From an uncultured Gemmatimonas sp. (lineage in GTDB: Bacteria; Latescibacterota; UBA2968; SICM01), in the NCBI GenBank assembly GCA_964428665.1, contig CAYRZX010000002.1, forward strand, positions 4,037 to 68,036: a stretch of 64,000 nt of DNA. The letters run 5' to 3'. Below, in pieces: positions 53,559 to 62,598 of this stretch; within the stretch, counting starts at the first letter, position 1; the number at the start of each line of letters is the position of its first letter. The translations under genes and the position numbers were made by a program. The notes under the pieces were generated by a model, which was not told the DNA's origin, made no database searches, and saw only the letters and a list, made by a program, of their open reading frames with translations.

Positions 53559-54849
53559 GACGAAAGGCGAAAAGCGAAAACTCGCCCTGAGCAAAGTCGA
53601 AGGGACAAAGGGCGAAAAAAAAGATCTTTCGCCTTTCAGGGAGGGGAGACGATCCGGTGAATCGTCCGGGGAGTGGCTTCCCCCTTCGCCTTCTTCCGGG
53701 GGCATCCTGCTGATCTCCCCCTTCTGCAAGCCCAACGTCGGAGGGGCGGAGGCCCACCTGGACAAACTCTCCAGGTATCTGGACAGGCGCGGACACAGGG
53801 TCTGGATCGCCACCTACCAGCCCCTGGTCACCCCGGTCAAGGCCCCCTCTTACGAGCGGGAGGGCAACATCGAGACCTTCCGGATCTCCTGGTTCGGCAG
53901 GGGATGGTTCAACCGCCTTGAGCGCCTCCCGTTCATCTTCAATTTTCTCTACCTCTTCCCCGGCCTCTTCGTCAACAGCCTCGCCGTGGCCCTCAGACGC
54001 CGCCGCGACATCCGGGTCGTGCACGCCCACGGGCTGGTGGCGGCGTCCATCGCGAAGATCCTCGCCCCCCTGTTCGCGTTCAGGGCCGTCGCCAGCACCC
54101 ACGCCATTTACGGGTTCGGGGGGCGGGCCCTGCTGGCGAAAATAGTCCGGTGGCTCTTCGCCTCTTTTGATTATATTCTGGCCGTGGGCGAGCCCTCCCG
54201 GCAGGAGTTGATCCAGCTCGGACTGCCCGCCGACAGGATCGAGGTCCACCCCAACTGGGTGGACCTGCGCTTCTTCAGGCCGCACGGAAGGGAGGAGTGC
54301 CGGCGGAAACTGGACATCCAGGGGGAGTTCGTCCTCCTGTTCATCGGGCGGCTGATCGAGATCAAGGGCGTCCGCCAGCTCCTGCAGGCCGCGCGCGACG
54401 CCCCTCCGCAGATCACCTTTTACTTCATCGGAGACGGCCCCCTGTCGGCCGAGGTGGAGGAGGCCTCGAGGCAATTTCCGAACATCTTTTTTGTAGGAAA
54501 AATCCCTTCCGAAGAGGCCCACAAAATCCCATATTATTACAGCGCGGCGGACCTGGCCGTCTTCCCCTCGCAGTACGACGAGGGGTTCGCGACCGTCCTG
54601 CTCGAATCCATTGCGTGCGGCACGCCCGTGATCTCCTGCAACCGGGGGGTCGTGCCCCACTTCCTCACGCCCGGCGTCTCGGACCTGATCGACCCCACCG
54701 TCGAAAACATCCGGGAGAGAATCCTGTATTACTTCCAGAACCGGAGACCGCTCAAGGAGAAACAGAGCGCGTGCCGGGCCTTCGCCGAGGAGCGCTTCAG
54801 CGAGGAGCGGGCGAGAGTCATCGAGAGGAGCTACGGGCTTTCGGAATGA
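53548..54849 (+). CDS. Glycosyltransferase family 4 (N-terminus read through repeat DNA; start uncertain)
   Basis: The GT4 core starts near ILLISPF..GGAEAHL. C-terminal motifs are YYSAADLAVFPS.YDEGFATVLLESIACGTPVI. The only in-frame starts I found are 53515 and 53548, upstream of the repeat tract. Confidence 0.75.
   Translation: MWTETKGEKRKLALSKVEGTKGEKKDLSPFREGRRSGESSGEWLPPSPSSGGILLISPFCKPNVGGAEAHLDKLSRYLDRRGHRVWIATYQPLVTPVKAPSYEREGNIETFRISWFGRGWFNRLERLPFIFNFLYLFPGLFVNSLAVALRRRRDIRVVHAHGLVAASIAKILAPLFAFRAVASTHAIYGFGGRALLAKIVRWLFASFDYILAVGEPSRQELIQLGLPADRIEVHPNWVDLRFFRPHGREECRRKLDIQGEFVLLFIGRLIEIKGVRQLLQAARDAPPQITFYFIGDGPLSAEVEEASRQFPNIFFVGKIPSEEAHKIPYYYSAADLAVFPSQYDEGFATVLLESIACGTPVISCNRGVVPHFLTPGVSDLIDPTVENIRERILYYFQNRRPLKEKQSACRAFAEERFSEERARVIERSYGLSE
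53559..53666. repeat. Composite repeat tract (GAAAGGCGAAAAGCGAAAA / TCTTTCGCCTTTC hairpin, plus GACGAT-CCGGTGA-ATCGTC hairpin)
   Basis: Includes the 22-mer CAGGGAGGGGAGACGATCCGGT (53637-53658), which is identical to 1234-1255. Confidence 0.85.
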
Positions 54850-55703
54850 CAGGCGAACAGAGGTCCCTCCTCGACCGCATCCTCACGAACGTGGGCGACC
54901 TGGGGTTCAGGCGACGCATCGTGACCCTGCTCAGCTACCTCGATGTCCAGCCGGGCGACACGGTCCTGGACTGCGGCTGCGGGGAGGGGTTCTACACCCT
55001 CATCTTCTCCGAGTTGTTCGACTGCCGGGTCCACGCCCTGGACTACTCCAGAGGGCTGGTGAGCAGGGCAAAGGGCTGGGTCTCGCAAAAAGAGAGGGTC
55101 CGGTTTCACATCGGAGACGTCGTCGCCCTTCCCTTCCCGGACGAGACCTTCGACAGGATCGTCTGCACCGAGGTCCTGGAGCACATCCCCGACGACGCGA
55201 AGGCCGTGTCGGAACTCCACCGGGTCCTCAAGAGGGGAGGGACCCTGGCCGTGACCGTGCCGAACCACAACTACCCCTTCCTGTGGGACCCCCTGAACAA
55301 GATACGGGAGGGGCTGGGGCTGGGCCACTTCTCCTCGGAGAATGAGTGGTTCGGCGGCCTGTGGCACATGCACATCCGGCTCTACTACCCCCACGAGATC
55401 CGCGCCCTGCTGGAGCGGGGGGGGTTCACGGTCGAGAAGGCCCAGGGCCTGACGCACTACTGTCTCCCGTTCACCCAGATCGTGCTCCAGCTGGGGAAGA
55501 AATTCTACACCCGGCTTCCGGTCCCCAGATATGTCTATAGCTCCATGGAAAAATTTGAGTGGCAAAACGCAGTCGGCCGGAGGCGCGGGTTCAACCCCTT
55601 TCAGTGGGGCCTGAGCGTCTTCAGGGCCGTGGATCGCCTGAATGACGGCCTGGACGGTGTGGAGAAGTCCTCCATGTGCGTCGCCCTGAAGCTCAGGAAA
55701 TAA
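54846..55703 (+). CDS. Class I SAM-dependent methyltransferase
   Basis: ATGA overlap start. Motif I VLDCGCGEGF and post-I/II RIVCTEVLEHIPD. Confidence 0.85.
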   Translation: MTGEQRSLLDRILTNVGDLGFRRRIVTLLSYLDVQPGDTVLDCGCGEGFYTLIFSELFDCRVHALDYSRGLVSRAKGWVSQKERVRFHIGDVVALPFPDETFDRIVCTEVLEHIPDDAKAVSELHRVLKRGGTLAVTVPNHNYPFLWDPLNKIREGLGLGHFSSENEWFGGLWHMHIRLYYPHEIRALLERGGFTVEKAQGLTHYCLPFTQIVLQLGKKFYTRLPVPRYVYSSMEKFEWQNAVGRRRGFNPFQWGLSVFRAVDRLNDGLDGVEKSSMCVALKLRK

Positions 55704-55710
55704 CCCTATC

Positions 55711-56964
55711 GTGGACATCGTCATCCTGGCAGCGCAGGTCCTGGGGGACAGGATCGGTTCAGGAGGGGATCGCGTCTTCGTGGAGATGGCCAGGCGCTGG
55801 TCCGCCCATCACCGGGTGACCGTGATCTGCCCGGAGGAGGTCGTCGCCAGCCTCCGAAAAGAGGTCCCGGCGACCACCCTGCTGTGGCCGCTTCCCCGCT
55901 ACCCCTGGACCCGCTCCCGCATCGCGCTGAACAGGGTCTACCTGGTCCCCCTGGTCTACCTCATGCGCTGCCTGGCGGCCCTGGCCTGCCTGAGGCGCTG
56001 CCGGGGCGACGCGCTGGTCCTCAGCGGCGATTTCTTCTGCAACGTGCTGCCCGCCGTCTGGGCCGTCCGGCGCGGGCGGTTCCGGCTCCTTGCGGCCAAC
56101 GTGTTTCACATCAACGAGTCCCTCTTCAGGAGGAGGGCCAACCCGGCCCTCAACACCCTGACCTCGTTCCTGCTCCAGAGGCTCAGCCTTCGGTTCATCC
56201 GGCGCCGCGCCGGTCTGGTGCTGCTGCTCAACCGCCAGGTCGCCGAACGACTGAAGGGCATGGGGTTCGCGCAGGAGCGGCTGCGGGTCGTGGGGGCCGG
56301 CCTGGACGTGAAGGCCATCGAGCGCGTCCCTCCCATCCCCGGCCGCGCCTGCGACGCCGTCTTCTTCGGGAGGTTCAACCCCACCAAGGGGTGCTTCGAC
56401 CTGCCCGCGATCTGGAAGACCGTCACGGACCAGGTCCCCGGAGCCAGGCTGGGGATCATCGGCGCGGGGAACGACCCCTGGCGGCTCCGCGTGCAGGAGG
56501 ACCTGAAGGCGTTGAGCCTCGACCGATGCGTGGAGTTCCTCGGCTTCCTCCCCTATGAAGAGGCCTACGGCATCCTCAAAACCTGCTCTGTCCTGATCCA
56601 TCCGAGCTATGAGGAGGGGTGGGGCATCACCATCTGCGAGGCGTTCGCCTGCGGAGTCCCCGTGGTCGCCTACGACCTGCCGGTCTACGACGAGGTCTTT
56701 CCGCTCGTCCTGCGCACGGCCCCCCTCGGCGACCGGGAGGCGTTCGGGAGGAGAGTCGTGGAACTGCTCCGCGACCGCGAGGCGGCGAGCGACCTGGCCA
56801 GGGCCGGCAGGGCCCTGGTGGCCCGCTACGACTGGGAGACGCTTGCGCAACGCGAGATCGCCCTGTTCGAAGAGGCGCTGGAAATCAAAATCAGGAACTC
56901 AGGAACTCAGGAGACCTCTCTAAAAATTCCTGATTTCCTGAGTTCCAAATTTTCTAAAACATGA
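55711..56964 (+). CDS. Glycosyltransferase family 4 (C-terminal tail encoded by a repeat hairpin)
   Basis: GTG start. Motif LIHPSYEEGWGITICEAFACGVPVVAYDLPVY. The tail IKIRNSGTQETSLKIPDFLSSKFSKT comes from the hairpin at 56887. Confidence 0.85.
   Translation: MDIVILAAQVLGDRIGSGGDRVFVEMARRWSAHHRVTVICPEEVVASLRKEVPATTLLWPLPRYPWTRSRIALNRVYLVPLVYLMRCLAALACLRRCRGDALVLSGDFFCNVLPAVWAVRRGRFRLLAANVFHINESLFRRRANPALNTLTSFLLQRLSLRFIRRRAGLVLLLNRQVAERLKGMGFAQERLRVVGAGLDVKAIERVPPIPGRACDAVFFGRFNPTKGCFDLPAIWKTVTDQVPGARLGIIGAGNDPWRLRVQEDLKALSLDRCVEFLGFLPYEEAYGILKTCSVLIHPSYEEGWGITICEAFACGVPVVAYDLPVYDEVFPLVLRTAPLGDREAFGRRVVELLRDREAASDLARAGRALVARYDWETLAQREIALFEEALEIKIRNSGTQETSLKIPDFLSSKFSKT
56887..56947. repeat. 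8-nt-period hairpin (AACTCAGG units facing TTCCTGAN units) inside the GT4 3' end
   Basis: aaatcagg aactcagg aactcagg agacctctctaaaaa ttcctgat ttcctgag ttcc. Confidence 0.85.
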
Positions 56965-57605
56965 ACAGGATCAAGCTGATCACCGACTGCGTCCGCCGGA
57001 CGAAAGGCCCGATCCTCCACGTGGGGTGCGCGGGCGCGGACAGCATCCAGGGCAGCCCGATGTGGCTGCACGCCCACATCGTCCGGGCGGCGGGCCAGAG
57101 GCAGAGCGCGGACCACGCCCCCGTCGTCGGCGTGGACATCGACCGCGACAGGGTCTTGGAGATGCAGCGGTGGGGGTATGCCGCCGAGACGTGCGATGTC
57201 CTGGACCTGAGCGCCCGCTTTCCCGCGGAAAACTTCAACCTCATCATCGCCGGAGAGATCATCGAACACATCCCGGACCAGGTCGGGTTCCTCCGGGCGT
57301 GCCGGAGCGTCCTGTCCCCGGAGGGCGTGCTGCTGATCTCGACGCCGAACCCATTCGGAGTCGCCTTTGTCCCCTGGTACTGGCTCACCCGTCGGGAATA
57401 CATCGGCGGCGGACACGTCCTGTGGCACTCCCCCCGGACCTTATCCGGGCTTGCGGCGCTCGCCGGCCTGCGCCTGGCCGCCGTCCATCACTGCACGTAT
57501 GGCACTGGCGCGCGACGCTGGTGGGCGCTCCCGCTGACCCTCGCGGAACTCTGGCCCGCTATGAGATCGACCCTTGTTTACGAGCTGGTCAGGAGTGAGA
57601 ATTAA
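56961..57605 (+). CDS. Class I SAM-dependent methyltransferase
   Basis: ATGA overlap start. Motifs ILHVGCAG, VVGVDID and LIIAGEIIEHIPD. Confidence 0.75.
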   Translation: MNRIKLITDCVRRTKGPILHVGCAGADSIQGSPMWLHAHIVRAAGQRQSADHAPVVGVDIDRDRVLEMQRWGYAAETCDVLDLSARFPAENFNLIIAGEIIEHIPDQVGFLRACRSVLSPEGVLLISTPNPFGVAFVPWYWLTRREYIGGGHVLWHSPRTLSGLAALAGLRLAAVHHCTYGTGARRWWALPLTLAELWPAMRSTLVYELVRSEN

Positions 57606-57651
57606 GGAGTTGGCCGGAAGGGTGCTTGAAACCTCAAGGAGCAATATTTCT

Positions 57652-58437
57652 ATGGTGGACAATAGAGACTTGCAGCGAGAATATTACGATGGGGTTTATA
57701 AGTCAAATAACTACGGAGATGCGGAAGAAAAGGTATCCACAAATATCAAAAGCTATTTTGTTGACCGTTTCCTGGATTTGACCATCCGGTCAGAAAAACA
57801 AAAAGTGCTTGAAATCGGATGTGGCAGCGGAACTCTAACGCAATATTTATTGAACAGACGGTTAAATGTCCACGCCATAGACATCTCTTCAACGGCTATA
57901 GAATGTTTGCGAACCCGATTTGGCGCTTACATAGACTCCGGGCAGTTGGTGGCGCAATGCAGCGATATACTCGATTATCTAAAAGGGCATACCGGATTCG
58001 ATGTGATCATAGGGTCCGGCATCATTCATCACATTGAAAAAACAAGAAGGGTGGATTTTTTCGTTAAGGTATACAATGCGTTAAACAACACGGGGACCTT
58101 CGCGTGCGCCCCTGAACCCAACGCGAATGGCCTGTACTCCTATTTATGGCGATCAGCGGGGTGTATATACAGAAGGTGCTATAACATAGATTTTAATGAA
58201 GAGGTCGAAAAGGGGACTTTTGACATGCAATCGGAATCACTCGTCCGAGAGTTAAAATCGGCTGGTTTTATGAATGCTGAAGTCTTCCCTTATCAAGTTT
58301 TGCCTCACTTTTCGTCAAAGCGTATCTCTCTGATCGATAGAAAACTGGTCGAGTTCTTCAGCGGGAAATGGGCCTTATACACAATTATCAAAGCCGTCAA
58401 ATCGGCCCCCGGTACTTCACCTGACGTGCAGCCATGA
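57652..58437 (+). CDS. Class I SAM-dependent methyltransferase encoded in a markedly low-GC segment
   Basis: ATG at 57652 lies 10 nt after AAGGAG. Motifs VLEIGCGSGTL and VIIGSGIIHHI. The base composition is visibly AT-rich relative to both flanks. Confidence 0.8.
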   Translation: MVDNRDLQREYYDGVYKSNNYGDAEEKVSTNIKSYFVDRFLDLTIRSEKQKVLEIGCGSGTLTQYLLNRRLNVHAIDISSTAIECLRTRFGAYIDSGQLVAQCSDILDYLKGHTGFDVIIGSGIIHHIEKTRRVDFFVKVYNALNNTGTFACAPEPNANGLYSYLWRSAGCIYRRCYNIDFNEEVEKGTFDMQSESLVRELKSAGFMNAEVFPYQVLPHFSSKRISLIDRKLVEFFSGKWALYTIIKAVKSAPGTSPDVQP

Positions 58438-59402
58438 AAAAACGCGCGCTGATCACCGGCATCACCGGCCAGGACGGGTCCTACCTCGCGGAATTCCTGC
58501 TGCAGAAGGGCTACGAGGTCCACGGCGCCGTCCGGCGCGTGGCCCTGGAGGACCCCGACCACCGCCTGGGCCGGATCAAACACATCCTCCCGGAGATTGT
58601 GCTCCACGCCGCCTCCCTGGAGAGCTTTCCGAGCGTCTTCAAGGTGTTCCGCGACGTGGGGCCGGACGAGTGCTACCACCTGGCCGCGCAGAGCTTCGTG
58701 AGCTACTCGTTCGAGGATGAGTTCTCCACGCTCAACACCAACATCAACGGCACCCACTTCGTCCTCTCCGCGCTGAAGGAGGTGACGCCCGGCTGCCGTT
58801 TCTACTTCGCAGGGTCGAGCGAGATGTTCGGCAAGGTGGCCTCCACCCCCCAGAACGAGGAGACCCCTTTCCACCCCAGGTCCGCCTACGGCATCTCCAA
58901 GGTGGCGGGCTACGAACTCACCCGAAACTACCGGGAGACCTACGGCCTCCACGCCTCCGCCGGCATCCTCTACAACCACGAGTCCCCCCGCCGGGGGCAC
59001 GAGTTCGTCACCCGGAGGATCACCTCTCACGTCGCCAGGATCAAGAAAGGCCTGACGAAAGAGCTGCGCCTGGGCAACCTGGACGCCCGGAGGGACTGGG
59101 GGCACGCGCGCAAATATGTCCAGGCGATGTGGATGATGCTCCAGCGGGAGACGCCCGACGACTATGTCATCGCGACCGGGGTGTCCCACACGGTGAGGGA
59201 GTTCGCCGAACGGGCATTCGCTCACGTCGGCCTGGACTACCGGGACCACGTGGCCATCGACCAGCAGCTCTTCAGGCCGGCGGAGGTGGAGACCCTGCAG
59301 GGGGACGCCACGAAGGCAAAACAGCGGCTCGGCTGGAGCTATGACCTGACGTTTGACGACCTGATTCGGGAGATGGTGGAGGCAGACCTCGCCGCCTCCT
59401 GA
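58434..59402 (+). CDS. gmd: GDP-mannose 4,6-dehydratase
   Basis: Motifs ALITGITGQDGSYLAEFLL.KGYEVHG, SAYGISKVAGYELTRNYRE and ILYNHESPRRG. Confidence 0.95.
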   Translation: MKKRALITGITGQDGSYLAEFLLQKGYEVHGAVRRVALEDPDHRLGRIKHILPEIVLHAASLESFPSVFKVFRDVGPDECYHLAAQSFVSYSFEDEFSTLNTNINGTHFVLSALKEVTPGCRFYFAGSSEMFGKVASTPQNEETPFHPRSAYGISKVAGYELTRNYRETYGLHASAGILYNHESPRRGHEFVTRRITSHVARIKKGLTKELRLGNLDARRDWGHARKYVQAMWMMLQRETPDDYVIATGVSHTVREFAERAFAHVGLDYRDHVAIDQQLFRPAEVETLQGDATKAKQRLGWSYDLTFDDLIREMVEADLAAS

Positions 59403-59419
59403 CCCCTGTCCTTTCGCCT

Positions 59420-61993
59420 ATGGCCCGCACAAAACAGAGACCCCCTTCCCGTTCGCAGCGAGCCCGGAGCGCGCCACCCCTTCGGCCGCCCTCTGCCCGC
59501 ATCCCCTCCATCCCCGAAAAGTGGAGGGCCGCGGGACTCTTTCTCTTTCTGACCCTCTGCGCCACCTTTCCGCTGGTCCTCAGCCCCGCGCAGAGCATCT
59601 ACAGCCCTGCGGACCACGTCTCCACGGATGTCTACGCCACGATGGCCATCACGCTCTGGTGGCCGAAGTACGCGGTCTGGGACCTGGGGACGTCTCCCCT
59701 CCGCACCCCCATGCTCTGCGCTCCCTTCTCCCACTTCCTGTCCACCTCCTTCCTGACAGGCTGGTTCGTCCTTCCGGTCACGCTCCTGGCCGGCCCGGTA
59801 TTCGCCAACAACCTCCTCACCTGGGCCGGCTACTTCCTGTCTGCCCTGTCCACCTATCTGCTGGTGTATCATCTGACGCGCAACCGGCTGGCGAGCGCCC
59901 TGTCAGGCGTGGCCTTCGCCTTCTGTCCCTACATGCTCCTGAGGGGTTATACGACCTATGACACCATCCAGGCCCAGTGGCTGCCCCTCTACGTCCTGGC
60001 CCTGCTCAAGTTCGACGAGGAGCGCTCCTGGAAGAATGCCGGATGGCTCGCCGGTTCCCTCCTCGGCGCGATGCTCCTCTCGTTTCCTTACTATTTCATC
60101 TTCCTCCCCATCCTGACCGGAGCCTATCTGATCGTTTGGCTGGTCGCCCACTATAAACGAGTCCAGGGTCCAGAGTCCAGGGTCCAGAGTCCAGAGATTG
60201 AAACTCAGGACTCTGGACCCTTCGGCTTCGCTCAGGGCAGGCTCAGGACTCAGGGCTTCGTGTCTTTCCTGCGCAGCTTGGCCACCCGGCAGGACCTGCT
60301 CAAGTTAACCGCCGCCGGAGCCGTCGTGGTGGCGGTCTTCGTGCTGCACTACAAGTTCGCCATCCGACCTCCCTCCGACCTCCCACAGGCTGAGTCCGGG
60401 CTGCCGGTGAAGCGGAGCATGGACCAGTTGTGGGAGCTGCGGATGGCGGTCAAGGACTATTTCGTCCCCGTTCAGCAGAGCGCGGTCTTTGGAGGGTGGG
60501 TCGAGGACTACTGGCAGGAGATCTATCAGACTGAGCGCCGGAATTCCATCAACTCCGCCGCCTACGTCGGCTACGTCGCGCTGATCCTGGCCGCCTACGC
60601 GATCTACCGCCGGTGGCGGGACTGGAGGATGGCCTTCTTCGTCCTCTTCGGCCTCCTGGCCCTCCTGACGACGCTCGGCCCCTACCTCCGGGTCGCGGGC
60701 CTGAGCATCCCCACGCCCGCGTGGTTGATGTTCCAGTACGCCCCGTTCGTCCGGCGCATCAACGCCTACAAGGTCTACGTGCAGCTCGCAATCGCCGTCC
60801 TGGCGGGCGTCGGCCTGTCCCTCTTTCTGGAGCGTTTTAAGGCCCATAAACAACGGGTTGTCGTGACCGGCGGGCTGATCGCCCTCTCCTGCCTGGAGTA
60901 CACGATCATTCCGCCCCTCATCAACACGGACGTGTCGTGGGTCCCCCGGCCCTACACCTGGCTCTCGCAGGTGAGCGGAGACCCCATCGTCCTGGAGTAC
61001 CCGATGCGGAAGGCCTGGGGGGCCGACTATCAGGGGTATTACTACTATCAGATGTGGCACCGCAAGCGGCTGTTCAACGGTTACGTGAACGCCTCCTTCG
61101 TCCCCCTGAAGTACCGGCCCTTCTGGGAGGACATGGAGGTCCCCGCGGCGATGGCGGACGAGAACAACCAGGCCGTGCTCCGGCATTTCGGGGTCAAATA
61201 CGTCCTCAAGCACTACCGCGTTCAGTCCCAAAGGGTCATCCTGCGGTCCCTGCCCCAGCCCGACTTCGACGACCTCGCGGGACTTAAACTGGCCTACCCC
61301 TCTCCCGACTTCCGGCGCGACTACCGGGACTTTTCGCCCGCCTTCGTCTGGGAGAACATGCGGCAGATCGTGACCGACCCCGGAATCCTGGACCACCCTC
61401 ACGACTACGTCTGGACGGACGTCTACGAGGTCGTGGCAGAGCCGGCGTCGGTCCTGCTCACGTGGGACTACCGGAGCCCCTACCCGACCACCGAAGAGGC
61501 GTCCGAATACTTCTCGGTCCGCCTGTCCCGCCAGGAGAAGACCTTCCACCCCCCGACCCTGCTCTTCTCCGACGGCGGGCGCTGGGTCGTGATCACGCAG
61601 ACCGACGTCGCCCAGACCCTCCGGGAGCAGGTGGCCACGCAAAAGCTCCCCCTCGACCTGCGGGCCTGGCGCATGATGAGAAACGACGGGCGGATGGAGG
61701 CCCTCAACCTCCTGGACCGGGGACAGGACTTCGACCTCCTCTTCGACGCCGTCAGCTTCGAGACCCCCCGGCGCGTCGAGGTCTGGTCCGGAGACCGAAA
61801 ACTCACCGACCTCCTCGTCGGGACACAGCCGGCCCCGTTCACCCTCAAAGATCTGCGCCTGGAGCGGAACGACCAGAAGCTTACCCTCAGGTTCCGCGCC
61901 GACGGAGAGCTTGCGAAGGTGACGGATGAGCAGAAGGGAACGCGGGAGGCCACGGTGGCGTTCCACAACTTCCGGGTGATCTCCCGGAGATGA
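59420..61993 (+). CDS. Large membrane protein (N-terminal polytopic domain, C-terminal soluble domain); possible GT-C/YfhO-like
   Basis: 857-aa ORF with about 12 TM segments. A repeat tract is read in frame at 60159-60262. No family motif recognised. ORF 60305..61966(-) is a shadow. Confidence 0.6.
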   Translation: MARTKQRPPSRSQRARSAPPLRPPSARIPSIPEKWRAAGLFLFLTLCATFPLVLSPAQSIYSPADHVSTDVYATMAITLWWPKYAVWDLGTSPLRTPMLCAPFSHFLSTSFLTGWFVLPVTLLAGPVFANNLLTWAGYFLSALSTYLLVYHLTRNRLASALSGVAFAFCPYMLLRGYTTYDTIQAQWLPLYVLALLKFDEERSWKNAGWLAGSLLGAMLLSFPYYFIFLPILTGAYLIVWLVAHYKRVQGPESRVQSPEIETQDSGPFGFAQGRLRTQGFVSFLRSLATRQDLLKLTAAGAVVVAVFVLHYKFAIRPPSDLPQAESGLPVKRSMDQLWELRMAVKDYFVPVQQSAVFGGWVEDYWQEIYQTERRNSINSAAYVGYVALILAAYAIYRRWRDWRMAFFVLFGLLALLTTLGPYLRVAGLSIPTPAWLMFQYAPFVRRINAYKVYVQLAIAVLAGVGLSLFLERFKAHKQRVVVTGGLIALSCLEYTIIPPLINTDVSWVPRPYTWLSQVSGDPIVLEYPMRKAWGADYQGYYYYQMWHRKRLFNGYVNASFVPLKYRPFWEDMEVPAAMADENNQAVLRHFGVKYVLKHYRVQSQRVILRSLPQPDFDDLAGLKLAYPSPDFRRDYRDFSPAFVWENMRQIVTDPGILDHPHDYVWTDVYEVVAEPASVLLTWDYRSPYPTTEEASEYFSVRLSRQEKTFHPPTLLFSDGGRWVVITQTDVAQTLREQVATQKLPLDLRAWRMMRNDGRMEALNLLDRGQDFDLLFDAVSFETPRRVEVWSGDRKLTDLLVGTQPAPFTLKDLRLERNDQKLTLRFRADGELAKVTDEQKGTREATVAFHNFRVISRR
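60159..60262. repeat. Tandem heptamers (GTCCAGR x5) plus hairpin, located inside the 857-aa ORF
   Basis: gtccagg gtccaga gtccagg gtccaga gtccaga gattgaaactcagga ctctggaccc, then ttcggcttcgctcagggcaggctcaggactcagggc. Confidence 0.9.
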
Positions 61994-62598
61994 CCATGCG
62001 CGAAGACATCTTCATCCATCCCACCAGCGAGGTCTCCCCGCAGGCCCGCGTCGGGAAAGGGACGAAAATCTGGCAGCACTGCACCGTCCTGGCCGGGGCC
62101 GAGGTCGGGGAGCGTTGCCTCCTCTCGCAGAACGTCTACGTGGAGGGCCGCACGCGCATCGGGAACAACGTCAAGATCAAGAACAACGTCAGCGTCTACG
62201 AGTGCGTGGAGCTGGAGGACGACGTCTTCGTGGGGCCGAGCGCGGTCTTCACCAACGTGATGACCCCTCGCAGCCACTGGCCCCGCAAGGGCGAATTCCT
62301 GAGGACCCTCGTCCGGAAGGGCGCGACCATCGGGGCCAACGCCACCGTGGTGTGCGGCGTGACCGTCGGGCGCTACGCCACGGTCGGGGCGGGGTCCGTG
62401 GTGACCCGGGACGTGCCCGACTTCGCCCTGGTCTACGGCGTGCCGGCCAGACAGCGCGGCTGGGCCTGTCACTGCGGCAAGCTGCTGGAGGGGGTCGAGA
62501 AGGGCGCGACCTCCCGCTGCGACCTGTGCGGGAGCACGTACGAATGGCGCGGAGAGGGGCTGAGAGAGGTCGAGCTTCGCTTCAGAGGTGAGCCATGA
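61990..62598 (+). CDS. wbpD: Left-handed beta-helix N-acetyltransferase (WbpD/WlbB type)
   Basis: Motif IHPTSEV...A.VG.GT.IW..C.V..GA.VGE.C.L.QNV.V.....IGNNVKIKNNVSVYE.VELEDDVFVGPSAVFTNV..PRS. Confidence 0.8.
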   Translation: MTMREDIFIHPTSEVSPQARVGKGTKIWQHCTVLAGAEVGERCLLSQNVYVEGRTRIGNNVKIKNNVSVYECVELEDDVFVGPSAVFTNVMTPRSHWPRKGEFLRTLVRKGATIGANATVVCGVTVGRYATVGAGSVVTRDVPDFALVYGVPARQRGWACHCGKLLEGVEKGATSRCDLCGSTYEWRGEGLREVELRFRGEP

